Shown here one piece after another: positions 51,755 through 63,862 of a stretch of DNA of 64,000 nucleotides. This DNA is from Botryllus schlosseri. Its lineage: Eukaryota. Both the position numbers and the translations under genes were made by a program. Location: NCBI GenBank assembly GCA_051294905.1, contig CM119372.1, forward strand, positions 37,946,001 through 38,010,000, in the 5' to 3' direction. The notes under the pieces were generated by a model. It saw only the letters and a program-made list of their open reading frames with translations, was not told the origin of the DNA and did not search any database. The first letter of the stretch is position 1. Every line of letters starts with the position of its first letter.

Positions 51755-53031
51755 GTAAATCCTAGTGATCTGCATGCATTTATAGTTATTATATGGAAGC
51801 TGAGGGGTAGGCAATCGTCATGCGGGACCTTTCTTCAAAGATTTCGAAGATACTATCGCGTAAACGGCGTTTTACATTTGAAAGATCTAGGCGTTGGACG
51901 ACATCTCGCGATCTCTAATATTGACCCCTGTAAAATAAATTCATCCATCTGAATATTGCAAACCCCGTAGTGTTTTACCTCAAAATTATGTGATAACTCC
52001 TATGATATGTCCGGCAAAGTATTTATGTATATACTGGAATTAGTGTCCATTTAGTTGCTTAACTTACTTGTCGATGGAAGCTGATCATTACCAATGTACT
52101 TCTACTTTTTCGTAATAAGCGTATTCAACTATGTTTACTCACCTGCACTAATTTCGTCGTGTGATGATTGTAGAATACTTCCACTTCGACTAAGCAGTTT
52201 TAAGACAAAACTACATCTACATGATAAATTGTCATAATCGGAGAAACCACACCAACACGTAACTGATTACATTTTCGGACACAGTGCCAGTGCCTATTTA
52301 TCGGTATAACTGCAAAAAGTACGCGAGACCTCAACCACATCTACTTTTGAAAAAACTTACTTGGATACTTCTAACCTCCATTTTTCATTTCCACATTAGT
52401 GTTGTCATGTCTTGCCTATCGCTGCTTCTACTCGTTTTTGAATATAAAATTAGGATGGTTCGTTTATTTTTACTTGCTACCAAATTACCTACCCTGACCC
52501 CTTCTGCTCTCCATACCGATGATAGTCAAGTTGGATTGATGTCTGAAGGGTACGTGGACTGTACATGTGAGCATGCGACATAATAACATGCGACACTGAG
52601 GCATATGAGGTAAAGGTAGGGTTTGGTTGGGATTAGGTTTGGGGTAAGGGTCTTTCTGGCGTTATGGACAGGACTATAGTTTTGGAATTATAAATTCATC
52701 ATCAAAGTCACATCTTATGTGTCACACGCTCATTGCTCATCTGTCGTATTTCATTGTGTCGTATGCCGAAATGTCGGGCAACCGCCTGCATATAGAACCC
52801 TATACAACGAGAAGCATGGTAATTTTGGAACTTAGTTTAAATTAAGGCACGTAACAGGAGATTTGATAACATTTTAAAAGTACATAAATTTTGAATAGAT
52901 TTTGCGACAGGCAGTCAAGGAAGCCAAGATCACACTGTAAACCTACTTCCTGCTCCATAAATCCTCGCGATATGTTTCACTATAATTTGATTGCTTCATC
53001 ACTCCATCATTTGTGGAATAGAATTTGGAAG

Positions 53032-53154
53032 GATTGGACTGTCAAAGGTCATTACCGCTGAAAAACGTATTGGAATTGATTTTAGGGATTAAGGAAGCGG
53101 ATGATATTCAATCGGATGAGGATGGCGCAGAACATGATACAGCGACCCCGAAAG
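53032..53154 (+). CDS. Gene B exon (LDCQRSLPLKNVLELILGIKEADDIQSDEDGAEHDTATPK); 5' boundary uncertain
   Basis: Open acidic frame ending at a phase-1 GTAAAT donor; exon starts at 53032 (phase 1, weak acceptor) or 53022 (phase 0). Confidence 0.5.
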
Positions 53155-53240
53155 GTAAATATTTGGTATCAAATAATATCAAAATATAGAAATTCTAATA
53201 TTGAAAGAAATACATTGCTTCTATTGGATTATTCCTCTAG

Positions 53241-53333
53241 TTCGATTGAGACACGACGATTCCAGACGCGATGGTTCTAATGGAGAAGCGCCTGGATCTA
53301 AAACTGAGCAAACTTCGACATCATCCGATTCCG
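53241..53333 (+). CDS. Gene B exon (RLRHDDSRRDGSNGEAPGSKTEQTSTSSDS)
   Basis: TTCCTCTAG acceptor, GTAAGG donor, 93 nt, phase 1/1, open frame. Confidence 0.65.
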
Positions 53334-53858
53334 GTAAGGTTATTTATTTGTAGTTGGGTTGAGAGGTGAGGCTTTCGTCAAGTCGGGTCATTTTCGAATC
53401 ACCACCGAGTCTAGTCCGAGCCCAAGTCGAGGAGCAGAGGGTCGAGTCCAAGTCATTGTGTTCACTCTTCCGTTTCGAGTTCAAGTCATGTCCAGTTCAT
53501 TTTTACAACTCTGTTTGGGTGATATCGAATGACTCGCTTGCATAATATAGTAATTTTCCTCGCTACTAAAGGTTTCTGGCCGTACTTTCCAGGTACCAAT
53601 AGGCCTACTCTTAGACAAAATACGAAAATGTGGTAACTTACCCATTCTTCGAAGTTACAATGAAACGGGTGTCTTGGCCGTTCGAGTCCTAAGACTTGCT
53701 CTAGGAATACAAGTCGAGTCAATACACAAAATGACTCAAGATGAGTCGAACCATGTCCCGTATTCAATATAATGACTCGAGTCAAGTCGAGTCACCAGAA
53801 CATCTTGAACCGAGTTATTACAACCCTGCGTCAAAGTTACATCGATGTGTTATTTTAG

Positions 53859-55510
53859 AACCTCCAAGGAAGAAATATAAGAAGTCTGACAGGGTCTACA
53901 ATTGGACCAAGAATATCCCCGACCGAAGGCCCCGGATGACTTTCGTCAAGCCGCCCGGCGTCGCGACACGGAATCAGAAATATTCACCTCTCACTGCTTT
54001 TCTTGAATATTTTTCACCGGATGTTCTTCGCTTGATCGTGAACATGACCAATAAAAACTATCGCAGGAAGCAGAGGCTTCGCGAAGAGTCCAGAGGCGCT
54101 AGCGATATCAAATCACGTCATGTGGTGTGGAAGGACACTACTGTGTCGGAGATGAAGATTTTCATCGGGCTCCTCATTGCGATGGGGTTGGACCGTAGAC
54201 CTGAACTAGGTATGTATTGGCGAACAACGTGTCCCGTTCTAAGATTGCCCGGGTTCGCAGCAGTCATGACGTCGAATCGATTTCTAATGATACATCGCCA
54301 TCTACATTTTTCCGAACCCGAAGAAAAAACGTCGGAACAGTCAACTGCTACATCACAGCCGCCTGTTACTGATAAATTGTGGAAGATCCGCTCATTCGTG
54401 GAATTGGTCAGACAGAATTGTTTACGTAAATATAACGTGGGGCGGGAACTGGCGATAGACGAGTCTATGATCCCGTTCAAAGGGAGGATTTCGTTCCGAC
54501 AGTTTATCCCGTCAAAGCGAACAAGATATGGCATAAAAGTTTGGGCGTTGGCGGAATCCGCAACATCCTATCTGGCAAATTTCCAGATATATGTCGGTGG
54601 CGAGTCGACAGCACTGAACGAGGACTGCGCGTACGGGCTGTCTACAGCCATAGTCCTGCGATTGATTGAACCATATAAAGGAAACGGTCACCACTTGTAC
54701 ATGGACAATTTCTATACCAGTGTGCAATTGCTCGAATTGTTGCAGAGCGATGGGACGTACGCGTGTGGCACCGCTCGTACCACAAGAAAAGGATTCCCGA
54801 AGGAACTCGCCTTGACAAAAACCGGACCCTCAAAAGCCAAACGAGGGGATATGAACTGGCTTATGTGTGGCGATGTGTTGTGCTACAGCTGGTACGATAA
54901 CAAACCAGTATACTTGATGTCGACAATTCATCGACCAGAGGTGACCCCTGGAATAAAGGTGAAACGCAGAAAATCAACCACGAATTCCGACGGCGAAATA
55001 CTATGTCCTTCACTGATAAAAGACTACAATAAATACATGGGTGCGGTCGATAGCAACGACCAAATGAGAAAGTACTATCACCTCATGCGAAAACATAATA
55101 CGTGGTACAGGAAAATATTCTGCTATATACTGGAAATTTCGGTACACAATGCACGTGTGCTCTACGAAACCTCCATTGGCAAAAAACAAAACGGGTGCAG
55201 ATTCCGAGAGGGGCTGATCGCAGCTTTAGTTGGGGAAGAAACGTTGAGGCCACCAACAAGTCGCATCCTGCCAAATGAAGAGCTCCGGCTCGATAATTCG
55301 TCGCCGCATCTGCCCACCCACGCCGCCGATAGATCCCGCAAACGCTGCGCGTATTGCTCGGCGCAGAAAGCAGCTGCAAAACAAAACAATGAGAAATTCA
55401 ACGTCTATCGATCCACCACTGCGTGTAACACTTGTAGGGTTCATCTCTGCCATAACGAGAACCGTGAATGCTTTCGTCTATATCACGAGAAAGCGTCATT
55501 TCATCTCTGA
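53859..55510 (+). CDS. piggyBac transposase-derived protein (PGBD4-like, DDE_Tnp_1_7), terminal exon of gene B
   Basis: TTATTTTAG acceptor in phase 1 at the position equivalent to gene A; motifs IDESMIPFKGR, LYMDNFYTS, YNKYMGAVDSNDQ and C-terminal CAYC...CNTC...LC...CF..YH. Confidence 0.95.
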
Positions 55511-58211
55511 ACAAATATTATCAGTTATCACGGATCTTGTTGTGTCACAGATGAACATCCCACAAATCATTTTCCAACCAATGTTATTATTTCGTCATCA
55601 ATATCACCAGTCTCACAGTCGCAGATTATAGTTCTCTCTCGCTCTCTCCTGCTACCATGTTGTGACGTCACAAAAATTGCCTATATTATTATTTCAAAGT
55701 GTGACGTCGTTTCAATATAATCGGCTAACCGATAACAGGCATTCGTAATCAACTGATTAGCGCATTTGTATGAGTTGTTGTAGCCAACGACTTGAACAAA
55801 CCTCAACAACGGTAACAAAGTGTGTGTGTTACTATAGCCTAGATCGGCAGAACTGTTGTGCATTGCAAATCCTCGCGACTTCACGGCGTTTTGAATATTG
55901 CCTTACGATCATTGTACAATTGCACGTCCCTGGCCGAGGAACCTTTCACATCCGTCCGATTATCGCGGCAAATGTCAGATACCGAATAGATTTTGATTGA
56001 CAGACATTTTTTGCAACCCTTCGGGGTACACGTAGTGTGTTTTGTATTCATATTTACCATTCGAACCAGCTTCTTATTTTGTAATCTTCTCTGTACTGTA
56101 AAGTTTACATTAACGTACGCCATTTCCGTACCTCTTGACATGATGAGTAGCTCCCTTTTGTTGCGGTAACAAAACCGTTCCCGGACAGAATACACTTGTA
56201 ATGAATTCCCATAACTTTCACCTGGATATTCCAATTACCCCAGTCTCCCCATAAAAACTAATTATCAAATCGATATATCAAGTAGTGCCGTATTAATGGG
56301 TATTTCCTATGAGCTAAATTCGAATCCGTCATCTATTGGCGGCGCCGATTGTGTTATTCGGAAAACGGCCATTTTTGCTTCTTAACCGTTTTTTGCCATC
56401 CAGTTCTTTCTTTTTATTTCCTTTCGATAAAACAGAAAAATAGGTTGCCTCGCCCAACCCGTAGTACCGTTATTCCAATGTCATAGTGAACTACGAGATT
56501 CAACCTTAACATGTTAGTTACCAGCTATCCCTCAGGGCTTAACTTTTATTCAATTCATGCACCCATTGTTCACTTATTGCGCCCTTTTGGGAGGGGTCGT
56601 GTGGAGACTGTTATAATCTCTTTGTATATCATTTCCCCATCGCGCACATCCACGCCGACAGACTCGCTCGGGTGCATGCATACAAGCATGGGTTTGGAGC
56701 GGGAGCGGGAGCCATTTTTAACCGAGCAGGAGCAGTTGTTAGTTGTTTGAAAAATAGCTCTGGCTCCGATGTATAGGCTACTTCATAAGATGTTATTCTA
56801 CTACTATTGCCTGAATTCACGTAATTTAACAGCAAACCTTAAAAAAAAATTAAAAAATTGCCTCTTTGAGCCATCTTTCCCACCTATCCACGTTGCCAAT
56901 AATTTGAATGCAGAACAGTCATATGTTCATAGCTGAAGCCGATGGTACTGACTATGCTGACGGGCCTGTTTGATGGAGCCGAAGCAGTGGCATGAAAGAG
57001 GTCCCGAGCTTGCGCTAGTTTGGGATTAGAGATATTCCAAGCTGGGCCAATCTAACATTTTTCCTGCTCCAAAGACCTGCTATCGTCTATCGCATATCGA
57101 TTACTTTTTCGGACTGTTGCATTTCGTTCAATATACCATATATGAGGCACTGCCGTCGTTCATCGTTGAGCTGCCAAATCAAGGACTCCGGTGAAACTGC
57201 TGTCCGCAACTGTTGAGTTAACAAACAGGATTATACGTTATAAAAGGTCCCTCATCGGCAAGTTGATCTGGAATCCAAATATCGAAAAGCGTGTAACCTT
57301 GTTAAAACAAAAATAGGATGAAGCAAAACCAGCTCGTATCACCAATCGCTGTTCTGGTAGTCATATAGCCTGTCAAAGTAGGGTTTTTCATAATATAACA
57401 TTTATATTTAAATTTCACTGGCCACTTGTGGAAAGTGTTGGGTTGTCCAAAAAAACAGCACACAAAATTTTTCTGAATTACGATTACACAGACTAGAAAA
57501 GTCAATTCCTATGAATTTCTCGATTTAATCCAAAAGTCGTGGTTTTTCCAGTCAACAATAGTCACCAAATTGCTATTGCCTCGAATGCGTTGACGCGGAA
57601 TTGACTGCTGGCAGATTGGTATCAACCGCTACTTTTACTGCTATTATTTGAACGCGGGAATGACCTATATTTAACTGCATGAGCAATAAGCATTCATAGA
57701 GCATGGGGCTGTAAACGTACAGCAAGAGAGTTTTTAAAATCAGATATACGCAGCAGAATTTCACTATGCCGTTTAATATAACGACAGGGGCGAGGCGAAA
57801 TCAAGTATAGTAGATGGATTATTTGACACCGATTCGACTAATAAGAGAAATATGTACCTTTCAATCGATCACAAACAAAATATTGCCAGTTCAACGTATT
57901 TGTCTACCATAAATATGATGCAACGCACAGCGACAACGCCGCCGGCTGATCACACCTCCGACGAAATATGTTTTTACGAACATGCGTATAGCCCTTTGCC
58001 GCACGCTTTTGTGGCGTGAGGGAATTATCGAAACGATTTGTCTTAATTGACATCTAAATTGAGTACTCGAACATAATTATTGACTGGCACTGGTCGTCTT
58101 AGATCGTTATAATCAACACTCGCCGTGGATTTTTGGATCATTATGGCCAGCTCTATAAAATGACGCTACCATGTGACATTGATACGTAACCAATCAAGTA
58201 AAAGAGTACAT

Positions 58212-58646
58212 CAGTTGTTCTCAACCGGGGGTCCGCGGACTGCTTGAGGTCCGCGCAACATTTTCAGGGGATCCGGGAAACCTCTAAATGTGAAGATAAA
58301 GAAAGAAAAAGAAAGCAAGAAATAGCTTCTAAAAAAACGACCGACGAATAGAAAATAACATCGAAGAAGACTGTGACATCGGGCACTAGGTCGAGATGGA
58401 TGCCAGTTCATGAGACCCCAACTGGTTGGACGTTCGGCATCCCCCATCTGTTCATCACATCGCATTGTGTGTCTTGTATATCGCATTGTACATTGTGTGT
58501 GTGTCATGGACATATGAAAATATAATCTAACGATTGATTGATTGATTGATAATTGAGATAAATTTGAACTAAATGGTGAGAGGGTCCTCGGGAGTCCGTG
58601 ACGGTCTATAAGGGGTCCGCGAAGACAAAAAGGTTGAGAACTAATG
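58212..58646. mobile_element. hAT MITE containing a retroposon 3'-end fragment with a (GATT)n tail
   Basis: Ends CAGTTGTTCTCAACC / GGTTGAGAACTAATG; the insert at about 58385-58550 resembles about 430-545 (CCCATCTGTTCAT...ATCGCATTGTACATTGTGTG). Confidence 0.7.
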
Positions 58647-58656
58647 TACTACGTGA

Positions 58657-60999
58657 CAGGGCTGTGGAGCAGCCGTAAATTTGCATTGCTCCAGCTCCGG
58701 CTCCGGAGCTTTCTTCCACCATGCACTAGCTCCGGCTCCAGCTCCGGAGCCGCATTATTACCACTGCTCCGGCTCCGGCTCTGAAAACTATCGAAGGTGT
58801 CCTGTCTATATAAGAGGTGGGCAATCCGCGGTCTGTGGGCCATATGTGGCCCGCGAGACGGTTTTGAGTAGCCCGCGAGCTAATTTCCCATTATATTATC
58901 GAAATCCTGTTATATTATCGAAATTGAATTGCTCAGATTGTGAACTTGCAAGGCCAACCAAAATTATGATTAGTCTGGCTGCGACACTTGGGATGTTGAT
59001 TACTAAAATATCAGTTCCGACGCATTGGCAGATCCACGGTCCAGTCACATTTTTAGTAAATCGTCGTACATTACAATAAACTAAAAGAGTAGTAAAATTT
59101 TTCTTCACGCTTCGCATGTTTAATTGTCACACGATTTCTTGCTTTGTAGCCTACCCCTCCTGAAAATGAAAAAAGCCTGATTTAGCCGATTGAGTCCAAC
59201 TATATTCGCAATTACGAGAGAAAGTCTTTTCGCGTTTGCGCTCGCAGAAAGATCGTCGACGATGAAATGTATAGGCACAAAATGATGGTCATATATTAAC
59301 GGAAATCTTCGATATCGATATGTCCAGATGCCGAATAGTCCTGTCCTTACAAACTGAGCCCAGCGGGCGGTATAGTCGACCCGCAATGTACCCAAGTAAT
59401 TATATTATTAACTTTGAAAATTTTACGCGCCTGACGCGGCTAGTGGGCAGCGCACTCGTTCGTCAATTTCATGTGGCCCTTTAGCCGAAAAGGTTGGCCA
59501 CCCCTGGTCTACATACATTACTAATTTACCCGTAGGTTAGTTATCTATAGTAATCTAGAGTCTGTCAGCCGTCAGTAACATTGGATGCAGCAACGATGAC
59601 ATAGGTGCTGCCGTGTCGGCTTGTGACGTCATAATGAATACTTGTCAATTGTCGATAACATCATAGTTGCACTAGAACGCACTTTACTCCATGCCGTTGC
59701 TGCGTACAGTATGAAAATTCCGATGCGTCGTTTTAACACTGACACTGAAATCGTTAACATTAAGCCATGCAGCTCAATTCAATCCTTAAATAAGCGATTA
59801 TTATTATTCAACTGTAACTGTAGTAAGAGCAATATGTGCGGACATCACGACCTAATCAATAGAAATTCGATTTGTACCAAATGGCCAATGGTTTGACGTT
59901 CGATATTGGTGCACTCGTTTCCTGTCTATCCGGTGTCGATCAAGTTTATCGGAATATAATATTTTCCCGTTGAAACGATTCGAATAATCGAATTAAACAA
60001 TGTGCCATGCACATTGCGCCATGCCCAAAACGAATTAAACTATGTAGTATGCACAATGCACATTTACAAGTCACAGTGCGGTATAATCCGGGAATACTAG
60101 AGTATCAAGCAGACATCAAGAATGAATTTACGAAACAGATGATTACAAATTGGAAATCGCGTATCAAATCAGTAATTTGTCTCCATCATAAAATACCATG
60201 GGGTCCTGACATCGCAATGAGTAGCTCGCACCGCGACAACTGTTCGCTGAGTGTAACGGCGTTTTGGGCTACTCTTCTGCCATCCCCTATTCACGCTCGA
60301 AAATCCTTACTGGATTGAATGACGATCATGCGCACTGCGCAGTAATGAATTCCAATTCGCATGCATAATTGCATACTCAATAACACTGTCCAATTTCGCG
60401 GCCCGATTAAAGAACTATCATGAAAGAACGAGTATTTGCTCATCCGATTTATATCAACGATGAGATGGGATTTCTCGGCTCGTGCTCGTCATATCGACAT
60501 GTGCAACGAAATCACGTTTTTATCTTCTCTCTCATTTCGAGTAATACATAGTGATCATTATTTTCGAACCGTATAATTGGTCAACAAGGTTGTGCCGATG
60601 ATGAAATTCCTGGTATGCCGACTACCCACAATATTCACATGCATATTTCGCATACCGAGGTTCGGCACTCATGTATGAAAATTGAAGATTGAACATATGA
60701 CTGCTCTGTGTTAAAACCCCAAGAACATGCTTAGATGGAAAAGATAGCGCCAAAGAGGAAAAGATTCTTGATTTCGCGAAGGCCTGCTGTTGAATTATGT
60801 GAATTCAGTAGATATGGTTGTTGCATATATAATAGCATCTTATGAAATACGTCGGAGCCGGAGCTACCCCTCAAATAACTAGCTCCAGCTCCGGCTCCGC
60901 CTCCGGCTGAATTTTATGTAGAGCTCCGGCTCCGGCTTCAGCTCCGGTAAAAATGCACGGCTCCGGGGATCCGGCTCCGGCTCCGGCTCCAAAGCCCTG
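58657..60999. mobile_element. hAT-type element with (GGCTCC)n subterminal repeats and a nested MITE at 58812-59506
   Basis: Ends CAGGGCTGTGGAGC / GCTCCAAAGCCCTG; perfect TSD CTACGTGA. Confidence 0.88.
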
Positions 61000-61689
61000 C
61001 TACGTGATATGTGTACCCAATGCCAAGGTCAGTACTATGAATATTGCGATTGCGACCACTTCATTTGTTGTAGCCGTATGCAAGATCGGCTATCCTATAA
61101 TATTGTGAATAGGCTGCGATATCTACACCATTTCCAAATATGGGCGTTGGGAAATACGATCATTCTCCATGTAGCACTTATATTTTAACTACCTTTGCAC
61201 AATATTGTTGTGTGCAGCGACTTGTAATGTGGCAGCGACCACTTGTAATAGCGACAGTTAATTGCTCCCGGTCACATTACGTTTTCCCGCCAATATTAAT
61301 ATTTTGTTCATATCGTGCTCGCTAATTTGCCGTTTGCTATGGCATGGCATTTACCCTCTACCACACCCGATGGATTCTGTCCACACGCCGTTATGATTCA
61401 TCACTAAATTTAAGTCAGTTGCGTGTGATCTCACTGACTGAGCACTGGGAACTTTCCGAAACGGTGATGTCTGCAAAGATATGTTTCCAGATAATCTTCG
61501 CTTTCGCTTGAAGATTTTCAGCGTCCTTGAGTTGCGTGTAGAGGGTTATCATGAGCTTCATTAAGAGAGAGAAAGTTCTTATTTCGCAGAGGCAATTTAT
61601 CAATGCGTGTGTTATGTTAAACACATTGCGGACATATTGATAGACAGACGTGCTTAGAACCAAGGTAGAAACTAGAATAACGGAACGCC

Positions 61690-61801
61690 ATGGCAAAGTT
61701 AGAGGACGTGTTAGAATCTCTTTACTCGGAATTTCCTGACGAGATTCTCGATTCGGATATTGAGGACGATTGCGGATACGAAACGGAGCTGATAACGGGA
61801 A
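61690..61801 (+). CDS. Putative piggyBac-derived gene C, first coding exon (MAKLEDVLESLYSEFPDEILDSDIEDDCGYETELITG)
   Basis: 112 nt, GTAAGT donor in phase 1; clear paralogue of the first exons of A and B; the rest would lie beyond the window. Confidence 0.7.
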
Positions 61802-62637
61802 GTAAGTCACGGGACTATACACGTGCTGAAGTATTCAGTATCTTGGAATTTCACGGAAATTCATATTTTGTCGAGCGTAACTGTGGTTTGGGTTCGAAAC
61901 CGAAATCCCGTACGTTTGAAATACCGGTTCTATATATCTATGATATATTTGTTAACTTATTGGCCATCAAGCAATTGGTAACACGTTTTTGCAGTTCGAC
62001 CGAACAATATGATGACACTTTCCAAGGCGAAGTCTCGCATTTCTGAACTAGTATCTTAAAATAGGTTTACCATATATCCTCCTTAAGGATTCGTCCAATT
62101 TTATCGCTTCGATAGCTATAGGCTAATGGGCAGCCAAAACTTTAAAAACGTCATAAATGACGTGCGATCTGCAATGCGGATGTTTGCGCTGGTCATATTT
62201 TGGTCAACACAACATAATTTCCCAAAAAAATCTTAGAATCGGTCATTTGCTAGTCCGGTAATATGACTTTTGTAATTTGTAAGAAGTGCCCTCCTTTCCG
62301 GATCCCAAAATATGGTGACCCGACTTGAAAGGAACAGTAGAAGTCCTACTGATTTGAATAAAATATTCATTATATTGTATTCATTTTGTGTGAAATTCAT
62401 ATTATTTTTATGACTCGGCGAAAATTCGATGATTTCGCAGGATAACGGATTGGCGTAAGTGTTTTCTAGATGTATTCCAACATGAAGTATCACGATTACA
62501 AGTAGAATGTCGATCTCTGGTGAATGATGGAAGGATAAGCACTCCTTATTGATTTACACCAGTACAGTATCCACTTTTGTAACCAGACATAAGTGATAGG
62601 ATCACTTCACCACATTCGAGTCACGAGTCATCTAGAG

Positions 62638-63862
62638 CAGTGCTTCTCAACCTTTTTCAGTTCGTGTCCCACTTTTCATCCAAATTTTATTGCGCGACCC
62701 ACCAGACACCCTTTCGCGACAAACGTTCAAACCACTGCTCCCTGGACGCCAGTTTTTATGTTTTCAGTGCGGTACAGTTATCTCGTCGCGCCTAGTAGTA
62801 CAAAAACACCACGAATACTACAGACAAAAACAGACAATAAAGCGAATATCCAATCAGCAATTTGTCTATTACGTCGAATTAACGGGTTATGAGCAATGTT
62901 CCCTCTAAGCTGCGCACGTGCGCAAATGCGCGGTGATGACACGGTCTCTGCGCACAGAAAATCTAATTTGCGCACAAAACATCCGAAGTCATGACCTTTT
63001 GTTTAGTCGTTACGCACTGTTGTCCAATGGTCTGCGCAGTGAGTTGGTGAGTGTGCGCAGACTCGCCAAAAATTAGAGGGAACATTGGTTATGAGGAGCT
63101 TGATTTGTGGTAAGTGGGCTGGATTGCTGCATTCCAGATCAATGTTCGCAAAGACTTCGGAGGAAAGAATGAATTTCAATCTCACGCATACACAATAACG
63201 CACTGTCGGATTTCACGCACCAATCAATATGATTGTGACGAAAATCTGGCTCCCGAATTGTAAACACGGCGACGCAGCTTGTGGCGCTTATGGCGCAAAA
63301 CAATTTAATTTGGAGTAGGGGAATGTGAAATTACTTTTCTAATGTTGAGAATATAAAGTGTTTGGAATATTTGGAAATTTGATAAGGGGCACATGAAAAT
63401 TATTTGAGGTTATAAATTCAACTGCAATCAATGTAGTTCTGAAAGCACTAATCAAGTTCAATACCGCCAGTCACATATTTGAGGTATCTCTACATTTCTC
63501 TGAGAGCTATAAAGGTGACTAACATTTCAAGACTGGTATTTTGCGAATCACGCACAAATCTGAATTTGACTAAACCGGACCAGTACGAGGCTCATGCACA
63601 TTCGGACCAAAAACACATTTTCTCCGTAAGGCTGTATAGCGAGTTTGGTCCGAAAGTGCACGAGCCCCGCAGGTCCGTCAATTACATGTTCAGGAATCAT
63701 CATCCGAAAGTTGAAGAAAACAATGAAAATTTTGACATTTTTCGTTAATTTTTGACTTGAAGCGTGGTAGAGGGCAGATCTACAAATTGGGATCGATGAT
63801 CGTTTTTTATAACGTCTTCGCGGCCCACTGGTGGGTCGCGGCCCACCGGTTGAGAAGCACTA
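62638..63862. mobile_element. hAT element with nested 190-bp MITE (62894-63087), itself inside a GACTCGAGTC-repeat element
   Basis: TIR CAGTGCTTCTCAACC with TSD ATCTAGAG; inner TSD GTTATGAG. Confidence 0.85.

Noticed and set aside
53741..53858. ORF-track N-terminus of the 589-aa protein (MSRTMSRIQYNDSSQVES...)
   Set aside because: It lies largely in a GACTCGAGTC-repeat MITE ending near 53828; similarity to gene A starts only at the acceptor before 53859.
54118..55631. Antisense and alternative-frame ORFs over the transposase exons (also 37017-37820)
   Set aside because: Shadows of a GC-richer coding region with no recognisable motifs.
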